NCBI GenBank assembly: GCA_001775715.1
Contig: MEYC01000003.1
Span: 3,999 to 60,778 of the forward strand
From: Candidatus Aminicenantes bacterium RBG_16_66_30
GTDB lineage: Bacteria > Acidobacteriota > Aminicenantia > Aminicenantales > Saccharicenantaceae
Direction of reading: 5' to 3'
Length of the DNA stretch: 56,780 nucleotides
Positions 15,794 to 26,066 of this stretch are shown here, piece by piece (position 1 is the first letter of the stretch; every line of letters begins with the position of its first letter). The notes below the pieces were generated by a model. It saw only the letters and a list, made by a program, of their open reading frames with translations, did no database searches and was not told the origin of the DNA. Both the position numbers and the translations under genes were made by a program.

Positions 15794-16308
15794 TGACCTG
15801 CGAACGGATCGAAGAGCTTCTGTCGGCCTATCTCGAAGGGGACCTCGCCGCGGCCGAGAAGGCCGAAGTCGAGGCCCACCTGGCCGGGTGCGCGGAGTGC
15901 TCCGGGCTGGCCGCCCTGATGCGGGAGGCCCTGGCCGCCGCGGCCGCCTTCCCCGAGGTCGAGCCCTCGCCGCAGCTCCTGGCCGGGCTCTACGCCATCC
16001 CGGAAGCGCGGCGGGCGAAGAAGCGCCTCCTTCAGCCGCTCTTCGACTGGCTGGGACGGCCGGCCCTTCAGCCCGTCTACGCCGCGGCCACCGGCCTGCT
16101 CATCGTCCTGTCCTTCGTCCTCTTCCATCCGGAAGGGCGCGGCATCCGCAAAGCGATCGACGTTCAGTTCCACCGCGGCGTCGGCACGGTCGAAAAGCTC
16201 TACGCCGACGCCGGCGGCCTCAAGGGCGAGATCAAGGCCGTGTCGGCCAACGTCGTCAAGTCGTTCAACACCTTGGGCTTGCTCAAGGGAGACGAGAAAA
16301 AACAATAA
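15790..16308 (+). CDS. anti-sigma factor with N-terminal zf-HC2 domain and one TM segment
   Basis: ATGA overlap with the sigma stop. MMTCERIEELLSAYLEGDLAAAEKAEVEAHLAGCAECS is the canonical C-x(n)-H-x3-C-x2-C anti-sigma zinc motif. TM segment VYAAATGLLIVLSFVLF. Confidence 0.8.
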   Translation: MMTCERIEELLSAYLEGDLAAAEKAEVEAHLAGCAECSGLAALMREALAAAAAFPEVEPSPQLLAGLYAIPEARRAKKRLLQPLFDWLGRPALQPVYAAATGLLIVLSFVLFHPEGRGIRKAIDVQFHRGVGTVEKLYADAGGLKGEIKAVSANVVKSFNTLGLLKGDEKKQ

Positions 16309-16331
16309 CCATGCCATTGGAGGTTTGAATC

Positions 16332-16823
16332 ATGGAAGAAAAGATCGTCGTTCCGCAGAGGCCGATGAAGTCGCCGGGCCTGGCCGGCATCCTGTCGGTC
16401 ATCTTCCCCATCGGGGTCGGGGCCCTCTACAACGGCCAGTGGAAAAAGGCGCTGCTGCACCTGCTCATCCTCTTCGGGCTGATCAACGCCATTGTTCACG
16501 GCGGCAGCGGTCTGATGTTCGGACTGCTGATCGCGGCCTTCTATTTCTATCAGATCTTCGACAGCGTCCAGTCGGCCAAGGCGATCAACGCGGCCGCCGC
16601 CAACCTGCCGCAGGCCGAAGCCGTCCTGATGGGCGGGGACGTGGTCTCCTCGGGATCGGTCTTCTGGGGGATCTTTCTCATCGTCCTCGGCGTCCTGTTG
16701 ATCCTGGCCAACTTCGAGATCATCCTCTATCGGACGATCGGAGACTACTGGCCGCTCGCCGTCATCGTTATCGGGGTCAAGCTCGTGCTCGAATCGATGG
16801 CCAAGTCCAAAGAAGGCAAGTAA
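16332..16823 (+). CDS. membrane protein with LiaF/DUF5668-like C-terminal TM hairpin
   Basis: Four hydrophobic segments. The C-terminal GIFLIVLGVLLILANF...YWPLAVIVIGVKLVL resembles the LiaI-LiaF-like / DUF5668 TM repeat. Confidence 0.6.
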   Translation: MEEKIVVPQRPMKSPGLAGILSVIFPIGVGALYNGQWKKALLHLLILFGLINAIVHGGSGLMFGLLIAAFYFYQIFDSVQSAKAINAAAANLPQAEAVLMGGDVVSSGSVFWGIFLIVLGVLLILANFEIILYRTIGDYWPLAVIVIGVKLVLESMAKSKEGK

Positions 16824-16835
16824 CGGAGGTCCGTC

Positions 16836-17060
16836 ATGGCAAATTCTAAGAAGGGCAACTCCCTCGTCTGGGGCATCATCCTCATCATCATCGGCGGCAT
16901 CATCCTCCTCGAGCAGCTCAACGTCGACGTCTTCGACCACGTCTGGCGTTTCTGGCCGGTCATCCTGATTATCTGGGGCGCCAACAAGCTCTGGCTCGGG
17001 CTCAAGGAGAGGAACGAGCGCTCCGAAGCTCCGGGTCCGGACAAGGGCCATGAAATTTAG
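16836..17060 (+). CDS. small DUF5668/LiaF-like TM-hairpin protein
   Basis: LVWGIILIIIGGIILLEQL...FWPVILIIWGANKLWLG is the same W-P-hydrophobic-I-G pattern as the preceding gene. It overlaps the next gene by 11 nt. Confidence 0.55.
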   Translation: MANSKKGNSLVWGIILIIIGGIILLEQLNVDVFDHVWRFWPVILIIWGANKLWLGLKERNERSEAPGPDKGHEI

Positions 17061-18366
17061 GGAAGTCCTCCTCGTCGTCGTCCTCATCCTGGCCGGCTTC
17101 GTCTTCTACCAGTTCAAGACCGGGAACTGGAACATCGACGGCGATTGGGACTGGGACGGCTTCGGCACGTTCAGCCGCGAATACGCCGCCGAGGAGACGC
17201 GCACGATCGAGGCGCCCCTGCCGCCGGCGCTCGAGATCGAGAACGGCCACGGCTGGGTCGAGGTCCGCGGCACGGACCAGGGGACGATCGAGCTGACGTT
17301 CAAGAAGGTCGCCTGGCGGCGGACCGAGGAGGAGGCGAAGGAGGTCGCCGACCGGCTCAAGTACACGCTGACGACGGCCCCCGACAAGCTGACGCTGGCG
17401 ACGAACCGGGACGAGTTCTCCCGGAGGAGCTTCGAGACGGGCTTCGTCCTGACCGTCCCGCGGACCATGATCGTGCGCGTCGTCAACGCCTACGGCAGCG
17501 TCCGGATCGACGGCGTCGCGGAGGCGACGGTCATCAACCGTAACGGCGAGGTCTTCGCCTCGGATGTCGGGGGGGCCTGCCGCGTGGAGACGAGCTACGA
17601 TGACATCGACGTCCAGCGGGTCGGCGGCGAATGCCGGATCACGAACCGCAACGGCGACGTCCGGGCCGGCTCGGTCGAAGGCGACCTATGGGTCGAGACG
17701 AGCTACGCTCACGTCGACGTCGCGGACGCCGGCGGGAAGGCCGATATCCGCGGCTCGAACGTCGACGTCGACGCCCGGCGCGTCGCCGGGGCCGTGACCG
17801 TGGACACGTCCTACGAGAAGGTTTATCTCGCCGACGTCGGCCCGGCCGCGATCACGGCCAGGAACACGGCCGTGACGGTCGACGGCGTCCGGGGCAACCT
17901 CGAGATCCGCACCAGCTACGATCCGATCCAGGTGAGCCGCGTCCAGGGGGATCTCCTGGTCACGGCGGAAAACTCGGCCGTGACGGCTGACGGGATCGGC
18001 GGGGGGACGATCGACGTGACGACGTCCTATGAGAAGGTCGCCCTGGGCGGCTTCTCGGCCGAGGTCCGGGTCTCCAATCGGAACGGCCACATCACCCTCG
18101 TACCGCTCGACCTCAAGCACGGCATGGACGTCCGCAACGAGTACGGGGAGATCACGCTGGCCTGGCCCGACGGCGAGACGGCCCGCCTCGAGGCCCAGTC
18201 GAAGGGCGGGACGGTCCACTGGGGGCTCGCGGAAAGGCCCGACATCGACCAGTCGAACGGCGTGTCGCTGGTCAAGGCCTTCACGGCCAACGCCGCGGCG
18301 CCGCTCATCTACCTATCGACACGATACGACGACGTCCGCATCGATCCCGCCGCCCGTAAGTTTTAG
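17050..18366 (+). CDS. DUF4097 (LiaG-like putative adhesin / beta-helix) domain protein with N-terminal membrane anchor
   Basis: N-terminal TM (VLLVVVLILAGFVFYQF). This is followed by many ~20-aa repeats of the form V.TSY..I.V..V.G...I.N.NG.V, typical of DUF4097 beta-solenoids. Confidence 0.75.
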   Translation: MKFREVLLVVVLILAGFVFYQFKTGNWNIDGDWDWDGFGTFSREYAAEETRTIEAPLPPALEIENGHGWVEVRGTDQGTIELTFKKVAWRRTEEEAKEVADRLKYTLTTAPDKLTLATNRDEFSRRSFETGFVLTVPRTMIVRVVNAYGSVRIDGVAEATVINRNGEVFASDVGGACRVETSYDDIDVQRVGGECRITNRNGDVRAGSVEGDLWVETSYAHVDVADAGGKADIRGSNVDVDARRVAGAVTVDTSYEKVYLADVGPAAITARNTAVTVDGVRGNLEIRTSYDPIQVSRVQGDLLVTAENSAVTADGIGGGTIDVTTSYEKVALGGFSAEVRVSNRNGHITLVPLDLKHGMDVRNEYGEITLAWPDGETARLEAQSKGGTVHWGLAERPDIDQSNGVSLVKAFTANAAAPLIYLSTRYDDVRIDPAARKF

Positions 18367-18390
18367 ATTTTCTTCAGCGCAACACGCACG

Positions 18391-18420
18391 GCCGGTTCCG
18401 CCGGGAACCGGCCTTTTTTT
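18391..18420 (+). terminator. rho-independent terminator of the ECF/DUF4097 operon
   Basis: GCCGGTTCC-GCCG-GGAACCGGC is a 9-bp GC-rich stem with a 4-nt loop, followed by C and TTTTTTT. It lies 25 nt after the stop codon. Confidence 0.8.
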
Positions 18421-18618
18421 ATGGTTCTTCTCCAACTTTCGGGACTGTCCATCGCAAGGCGGCAACGGGTGTCACCCCGACGACCCCCGTGGCGGAGGGG
18501 GACCCGCCGGAGGCGGGGGGACCGCTCAACAGGTTCCCGGGGGCCGGGGGGCTAGGGGTGATATCCGTTTCGTAGCCGGTGCGATGGACGTCCCGGAAAC
18601 GGGAGATGAACCTATTCT

Positions 18619-19518
18619 TCAGCTGTGTTTCGTCTTACAGGCGTGGATGCGCTGGGCGATGACCCCGTTGACCTTGATGTTGAAGTAGGAGATCAGGTTG
18701 GTCACGTCCTTCTTGTACTTGGTGACGTAGCGGACGAAATCGGACTTCTCCTTGAAGCGGAGGAGGTTCTCGAATTCGGCCACCGTGTCGTGAAGCTCGA
18801 TGACGTAGTGATTGATCGTCCGGTACTGGGCATTGATCTCGATGAGGTCCTTGCCCGAAAGCTTGGCGAAATCGATGTGCGGCGGCAGGCTCTGGAGGAT
18901 GAGCAGGCCCTCGTTGTGGAGCTCGTTGACGGAATCGCCGATCTCCTGGAAGTAGGATCCGAGGTCCTGGGCCTTCCGGAGCTTGGCCCCGGCCCGCTCG
19001 GTGAGGCGCTCGAACTGGGCCTTGAGCGAGAGGACCGCGTCCTTGACCCCGAAGTACTTGCGGTTGGGGCTGAACAGGTCGAGGAAGTCCCGGCCGATGT
19101 AGATCTTGTCCTCGTAGCGGGACAGGAGCTCCTTGGGCTCGTGGGTGTAGAACTTGATCTCGAAGCGCCGGCCCTCGGAGTCGCGCTCGCGGAGGCGGGC
19201 CAGGACGAGGCCGCTGTTCTGCTCGATGAAATAGCTGCTGATATCGACGAGGACGGAATACTCGGCCAGGTTCTGGACGATGGCCTCCTTGAGGTAGTCG
19301 AGGAGGGGCTCGCTGCGGGTGATGAACTCGGTGATGGCCTCGTCGGGCGTCGGGTTGAGGACCGAATAGCTCGGCGAGAGGAGGTAGAGGACGGGACCGC
19401 GGCCGATCTCGAGATGGAGGTTCTTGGCGACGCTCTGGTAGAGATCGTCGAGAAGGATCGGCTTGAGCGGCGGAAATCCGGCCGGGTCCAGCTTGGAGAG
19501 CTCTTCGACTTCGTTCAT
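18619..19518 (-). CDS. hypothetical cytoplasmic protein (299 aa), no recognisable family
   Basis: Long ORF with host-like G/C third-position bias and balanced composition. No TM or signal peptide. Lies 49 nt downstream of the lipoate-ligase-family gene on the same strand. Confidence 0.7.
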   Translation of the reverse strand: MNEVEELSKLDPAGFPPLKPILLDDLYQSVAKNLHLEIGRGPVLYLLSPSYSVLNPTPDEAITEFITRSEPLLDYLKEAIVQNLAEYSVLVDISSYFIEQNSGLVLARLRERDSEGRRFEIKFYTHEPKELLSRYEDKIYIGRDFLDLFSPNRKYFGVKDAVLSLKAQFERLTERAGAKLRKAQDLGSYFQEIGDSVNELHNEGLLILQSLPPHIDFAKLSGKDLIEINAQYRTINHYVIELHDTVAEFENLLRFKEKSDFVRYVTKYKKDVTNLISYFNIKVNGVIAQRIHACKTKHS

Positions 19519-19567
19519 GGCGTCGACCTCGCTTCGGAGCCGAGTGTAGCCCCGGACGGAGCAAATG

Positions 19568-20380
19568 TCAACGGGAGGACGGAGGCAAGGCGGGGGACCT
19601 GAAGGTCCAGGCCTCGGAGGCGTATTTCGCGGCCTCCAGCGCGCGGACGGCCTCCTTGTCGGGGGCGGTGAGGTCGTAGCGCTCGAACGCGATGGCGAAA
19701 GAATCGGCGAAGCCCTGGATGAGGGGGCCGACCGCGGCGTCGAAATCGACGGGCCGGGAGAGGGCTTCGGAGAGGGAGGTCATGCCCAGGCTGTCCTCGG
19801 ACTCGCCGGGCCGGGAGACGGCGGCGAGGAGGGCCTCGTCCTTCTCGAGGGGGATGGAGCCGTGCTGGAGAAAGAGCGGGCCGGTCCGCTTCTGGGCGCT
19901 GCCGACGATCTTGCGGCCGTCGATCTCGATCTCGTCACGGGCGGGGAAGGCGAAGCAGGGCATGGTCCCCTTGAGATAGGCCGGGGGCGAGGTCTCGGCG
20001 AGGCGGGCCCGGACGCCCATGATGGCCAGGCCTCGGAGGAGGGCCTGGGAGATAAGGCGATAGGAGTCGCGAAGGGTCCCGGTGAAAAGGGAGGCGTCGG
20101 CCGAGGCCACGGAATAAGTGACCTCGCGGTGGTGGAGGACGAGCTTGCCGCCGGTCATGCGCCGGACGATGGCGATGCCGTTGGCGGCGCAGAAGGCGGA
20201 GTCGACGACCCTGGCGGCGTCCTGGGAGTAGCCGAGCGACGCGGTCGGCCGCTCCCATTGATAGAAGCGGAGGAAGGTCCGGGGGGATGACGCGGCGAGG
20301 TTGAAGAGGTGCTCGTCGACGGCCATGTTCCGGGGCCCGGCGAGCGGTTCCGGCTCGACGATCAACTGCCACGTTTTCAT
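19568..20380 (-). CDS. lipoate-protein ligase / octanoyltransferase family protein (BPL_LplA_LipB catalytic domain)
   Basis: NMAVDEHLF; RRMTGGKLVLHHREVTYS; and GRKIVGSAQKR (conserved catalytic Lys context) match the LplA/LipM-type catalytic domain. At 270 aa it lacks the LplA C-terminal accessory domain. Confidence 0.8.
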   Translation of the reverse strand: MKTWQLIVEPEPLAGPRNMAVDEHLFNLAASSPRTFLRFYQWERPTASLGYSQDAARVVDSAFCAANGIAIVRRMTGGKLVLHHREVTYSVASADASLFTGTLRDSYRLISQALLRGLAIMGVRARLAETSPPAYLKGTMPCFAFPARDEIEIDGRKIVGSAQKRTGPLFLQHGSIPLEKDEALLAAVSRPGESEDSLGMTSLSEALSRPVDFDAAVGPLIQGFADSFAIAFERYDLTAPDKEAVRALEAAKYASEAWTFRSPALPPSSR

Positions 20381-20387
20381 TGCGTTG

Positions 20388-20440
20388 AAGAGAGGGTCAA
20401 ACCTACTTTTTTCGAAAAAAAGTAGGTTTGACCCTCTCTT
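20388..20440. repeat. 53-bp near-perfect palindrome (26-bp arms, one-base bulge) between tRNA-Gly and the downstream gene
   Basis: AAGAGAGGGTCAAACCTACTTTTTTC | GAAAAAAAGTAGGTTTGACCCTCTCTT, centred on TTCGAA. It ends 7 nt from the ATG at 20380 and 10 nt from the tRNA 3' end. Confidence 0.85.
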
Positions 20441-20450
20441 GGTAAAAAAA

Positions 20451-20525
20451 TGGAGCGGGCAATGGGACTCGAACCCACAACACCCGGCTTGGGAAGCCGG
20501 TACTCTACCATTGAGCTATGCCCGC
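20451..20525 (-). tRNA. tRNA-Gly (anticodon CCC), CCA encoded
   Basis: Hand-folded. Acceptor GCGGGCA/TGCCCGC; anticodon stem CCGGC/GCCGG with loop TTCCCAA; T loop TTCGAGT; 3' TCCA. Confidence 0.9.
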
Positions 20526-20539
20526 TCACAGGCCCACCG

Positions 20540-20567
20540 ATTCTAACACATCCTCCGGACAAGTCAA
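20540..20567 (-). promoter_or_regulatory. sigma70-type promoter for tRNA-Gly
   Basis: Minus strand: TTGACT, 16-nt spacer, TAGAAT. The -10 ends 14 nt upstream of the tRNA 5' end. Confidence 0.55.
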
Positions 20568-20601
20568 CGCGCTGGGCCGGCTGGGCCCCTTCTTATGCGC
20601 G

Positions 20602-20630
20602 TTGACAGGCCGTCCGTCGGCCCTTATAAT
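20602..20630 (+). promoter_or_regulatory. consensus sigma70 promoter (TTGACA-N17-TATAAT) for bactofilin-uvrB
   Basis: Exact TTGACA at 20602..20607 and exact TATAAT at 20625..20630 with a 17-nt spacer, 33 nt upstream of the ATG at 20664. Confidence 0.6.
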
Positions 20631-20663
20631 CCAAATGGAACGCCACAGAGGGAGAAGCCCCCA

Positions 20664-21034
20664 ATGTCCCAAGAAACGACCAGCCCGTCGCCGTCCGTCA
20701 ATCCCGATCGGCCTTCGGCCGGAGGAGTCACCCGCCTGGGTCCGTCTGTCGTCATCAATGGGGAGATCGAGTCCCACGAGGACATGCTCGTCGAGGGCCG
20801 CGTCCAGGGGAAGATCACTCTCCCCTCGGGGACCTTGACCGTGGCCAAGGGCGGCCGGGTCGAGGCCGAGGTCCGGGTCCGCGCCCTCGTCCTCCACGGC
20901 GAGCTCAAGGGAACGGTCCGGGCCGGTGAAAAGACCGTGATCTCGGAGACCGCCGCGATGAACGGCGACGTCATCACCCCGAAGATATCGATCGCCAACG
21001 GCGCCCGCTTTTCCGGCGGCATCCGCATGAAAGA

Positions 21035-21038
<4 letters not shown>
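20664..21038 (+). CDS. bactofilin (DUF583) family polymer-forming protein
   Basis: Beta-helical repeat pattern [89 protein letters not shown]. Start set to ATG 20664 after GGGAGA. Confidence 0.8.
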
Positions 21039-23029
<1,991 letters not shown>

Positions 23030-23049
23030 TAGACGCAGGACCACGGCGC

Positions 23050-25014
23050 ATGGCGGACATCGAACGGCTCAAGGCCCGGGCGGCCGAGCTCCCGGCCAAG
23101 CCCGGCATCTATTTCTTCAAGAGCGCCTCGGGCGAGGTCGTCTATATCGGCAAGGCCCGCTCGCTCCGCGACCGGGTCCGGTCCTATCTTCTGCCCAACC
23201 CCGACGTCAAGGTCCGGAATATCCTCCGCGAGACGGCCGACATCGAACGGCTCAAGGCCCGGGCGGCCGAGCTCCCGGCCAAGCCCGGCATCTATTTCTT
23301 CAAGAGCGCCTCGGGCGAGGTCGTCTATATCGGCAAGGCCCGCTCGCTCCGCGACCGGGTCCGGTCCTATCTTCTGCCCAACCCCGACGTCAAGGTCCGG
23401 AATATCCTCCGCGAGACGGCCGACATCGACTTCATCCTGACCGGCTCCGAGAAGGAAGCGGCCTTCCTCGAGAACAATTATGTCCAGCAGCACCAGCCCC
23501 GCTTCAACCTCCGGCTCAAGGACGACAAGAGCTTCCCCTACCTCAAGCTCACGGTCGGCGAGACGTACCCCGGCGTCTATTTCAGCCGGCGCGTCGAGCC
23601 CGACGGCTCGCGCTACTTCGGCCCGTACAGTCCGGCCGGCCGGGCCCGCTCCTCGATCCACCTCGTCAACAAGCACTTCCTCCTCCGCGGCTGCGAGGAG
23701 GCCGTCTTCCGCGGCCGCAAGCGCCCCTGCCTCGAATACGAGCTCAAGCTCTGCTCGGCGCCCTGCGTCGGGCTCGTCTCCGAGGCCGATTATCGCGAGA
23801 ACGTCGACAACGCCTGCCTCTTTCTCGAGGGACGCCTGCCCGAGCTCGCCCGGACGCTGAAAAAGAGGATGGGGCAGGCGGCCGATTCGGAAAAGTTCGA
23901 GGAAGCGGCCCGCGTACGGGATCTCCTGCGGACGATCGAGGACTACCGGGACCGGCCCGGAACCATCTCGACGGCCCTCGAGGACCAGGACGTCGTCGGT
24001 CTGGCCCGCGAGGGCGACCGCGCGGCCGCTTACGTCTTTTTCATGCGCAAAGGCAAGATCCGCGACTCCGCCGCCCGCGCCCTCGACGCGCCGGCCGGGT
24101 GTCCCGACACCGAGGTCCTGGCCGACTTCCTCGGCGGTTTCTACGAGGACCGCGAAACTCCGCCCCGGCTCCTCCTCCCGACGGCGCCGGCGCGCCTGAC
24201 GGGCCTGCAGGCGCTCCTCGGCTGGGCCAAGGTCCGCCTCATCGTCCCGCGCGGCGGCAAGAACCTCAAGCTCGTGGACATGGCCGGCCGCAACGCGGAG
24301 GCCTTCCTCAAGAGACAGGCCGGCGGCGTGAAGCCCCTCGAGGAGCTGAAAAAGGCCCTTGGACTTCCGGCTCTACCCCGCACCATCGAGGGCTTCGACA
24401 TCTCCAACACGGGCGGCAAGGAATCGGTCGGCTCGCTCGTCGTCTTCAGGGACGGCCGGCCCGACAAGGACAGCTACCGCAGGTTCCTCGTCCGCACGGT
24501 CGAGGGTTCGAACGACGTGGCCAGCCTCGCGGAGGTCGTCACTCGGAGATACCGCAAGGCCCTCGACGAAGGGGCGCCCCTCCCCGACCTGGTCATGGTC
24601 GACGGCGGGAAACCCCAGCTCGGGGCGGCGGAAAAAGCCCTCACCGCCCTCGGCCTTCCGGACCTCCCCCTCGTCTCCATCGCCAAGAAAGAGGAGATCC
24701 TGTTCACTCCGGCCTCTCGCGATGGCATTCGCCTCGACCGGACCTCGCCCGCCCTGAGGCTCGTCCAGGCGGTCCGGGACGAGACGCACCGGTTCGCCAT
24801 CGCCCTCCACCGCGGCCGGCGCGAGAAGCGGAGCTTCGAATCGGTCCTCGACGGTATCCCTGGCCTCGGGCCGAAGAAGAAGGTGGCCCTGCTCGCCCGC
24901 TACGCCAGCCTCGAAGCGATCCGGAACGCGCCCCTCGGCGAGCTGGAAAAGCTGGTGGGGACGGCCGTCTCAGCGCGGGTCCTCGAGCGTCTCGCAGCGG
25001 AAGTCGAAGCCTAG
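23050..25014 (+). CDS. uvrC: excinuclease ABC subunit C, carrying an in-frame 61-aa N-terminal tandem duplication
   Basis: GIY-YIG motifs (PGIYFF, VVYIGKA, RVRSY); UVR domain (FEEAARVRDLLRTIE); RNase H-like endonuclease domain; C-terminal (HhH)2 (IPGLGPKKKVALL). 654 aa, against about 593 aa without the duplication. Confidence 0.95.
   Translation: MADIERLKARAAELPAKPGIYFFKSASGEVVYIGKARSLRDRVRSYLLPNPDVKVRNILRETADIERLKARAAELPAKPGIYFFKSASGEVVYIGKARSLRDRVRSYLLPNPDVKVRNILRETADIDFILTGSEKEAAFLENNYVQQHQPRFNLRLKDDKSFPYLKLTVGETYPGVYFSRRVEPDGSRYFGPYSPAGRARSSIHLVNKHFLLRGCEEAVFRGRKRPCLEYELKLCSAPCVGLVSEADYRENVDNACLFLEGRLPELARTLKKRMGQAADSEKFEEAARVRDLLRTIEDYRDRPGTISTALEDQDVVGLAREGDRAAAYVFFMRKGKIRDSAARALDAPAGCPDTEVLADFLGGFYEDRETPPRLLLPTAPARLTGLQALLGWAKVRLIVPRGGKNLKLVDMAGRNAEAFLKRQAGGVKPLEELKKALGLPALPRTIEGFDISNTGGKESVGSLVVFRDGRPDKDSYRRFLVRTVEGSNDVASLAEVVTRRYRKALDEGAPLPDLVMVDGGKPQLGAAEKALTALGLPDLPLVSIAKKEEILFTPASRDGIRLDRTSPALRLVQAVRDETHRFAIALHRGRREKRSFESVLDGIPGLGPKKKVALLARYASLEAIRNAPLGELEKLVGTAVSARVLERLAAEVEA
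23056..23429 (+). repeat. perfect 183-bp tandem duplication (2 copies plus 8 nt) inside uvrC
   Basis: 23056..23238 and 23239..23421 read identically base for base. The next 8 nt, GACATCGA, restart the unit. The same 8-mer is the microhomology at both boundaries. Confidence 0.95.
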
Positions 25015-25078
25015 GCGGCCGCGCCGGCTCCCTTGACAGTATTAGGAACGGTGGTCTATCCTTGGGGAGGAGGCGTTG

Positions 25079-26065
25079 ATGTCCGGCCGTCTCTCTCGTA
25101 TCCTCCTTTACCTTGCCGTCGGGTCCATATGCCTCAGCTGGAGTGCTGCCTGGACGGATGGCTTACAGACCGACGAGCGGATCGTGCTGACGATGCCCGG
25201 TCTTTCCTGGGCCCTCGAGATCAAGGAGCCGAACTTTTCCGTCAAGGGCAAGAATATCGATCCCCAGAAGGGCACGGCTAGGCTCCTCGCCGAGGATCCG
25301 TGGACCCTGACGACGATCACCGCATTCATCGAAAAGGCAAGGAAGAAGGGCGGCGCGAAGGCCTGCCGGGACTATCATTGGTGGCAGATCAGAAAGGTTC
25401 CTTTCTCGTTGAAAGACGCCCAGCTGTACGAATCGGGGCCGATGGCCATCCTCGAATACAGTCTCCCCAAGGTCGGCACGACAACGATCAACCAAAAATT
25501 TGTAAACGCGTATCTGGTCATGGATGATTATTGGGTCGGTATCGAGCTCGCCCAGAGTTTGAGTAATCCCTATCGGGGCGAGGCCCTGAAGGCGATCTTG
25601 GACCATATCACCATCAACTCGGCGTATGTCCCGACGGTCCTGGAGGACTTCGGATACGGGAGTTTTTATTTTCTCAAGAAAGACTACCAGAAAGCCGTGC
25701 CGCACTATGAAAAGGCCCTCCAGCAGCGGGGTCCCGGATCCATGCTCAGCCAGAATTCATGGCGGGTCCTCGTCGACCAACTCGGGATGTCCTACGGCCT
25801 CAGCGGCGAGCTCGCCAAGGCCAAAAACTTGTTTGAGTGGGCCATCACGCAAGACGCCGGGTACCCGATGTTCTATTACAATCTGGCGTGCACATTTGCT
25901 GAGATGGGCGACCCGGAGCGGGCCCTCGATAACCTCGGCCTGGCCTATCAATACAAGGGAAACATGTTGCCCAAAGAAACCTTCCCTGATCCCAAAACGG
26001 ACCGCTCGTTCAAGAAATATCTCAAGGACAAGCGCTTCCGCGCCGAGCTTGAGAAGCTGAAGTAG
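25079..26065 (+). CDS. secreted TPR-like repeat protein, function unknown
   Basis: Signal peptide (LSRILLYLAVGSICLSWSAAW). C-terminal TPR-like helices (YGSFYFLKKDYQKAVPHYEKALQQ; MFYYNLACTFAEMGDPERALDNLGLAYQY). ATG 25079 chosen, 5 nt after GGAGGAGG. Confidence 0.65.
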   Translation: MSGRLSRILLYLAVGSICLSWSAAWTDGLQTDERIVLTMPGLSWALEIKEPNFSVKGKNIDPQKGTARLLAEDPWTLTTITAFIEKARKKGGAKACRDYHWWQIRKVPFSLKDAQLYESGPMAILEYSLPKVGTTTINQKFVNAYLVMDDYWVGIELAQSLSNPYRGEALKAILDHITINSAYVPTVLEDFGYGSFYFLKKDYQKAVPHYEKALQQRGPGSMLSQNSWRVLVDQLGMSYGLSGELAKAKNLFEWAITQDAGYPMFYYNLACTFAEMGDPERALDNLGLAYQYKGNMLPKETFPDPKTDRSFKKYLKDKRFRAELEKLK

Positions 26066-26066
26066 C

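Noticed and set aside
15499-16308. Long 269-aa version of the anti-sigma gene
   Set aside because: Its first 97 codons are an out-of-frame overlap of the sigma-factor gene. The ATGA-coupled start at 15790 gives the canonical zf-HC2 N-terminus.
18029-18688. 219-aa plus-strand ORF running out of the DUF4097 gene
   Set aside because: It is an alternative frame of a supported gene, reads straight through a strong terminator hairpin, and has Arg/Pro/Gly/Ser-rich composition.
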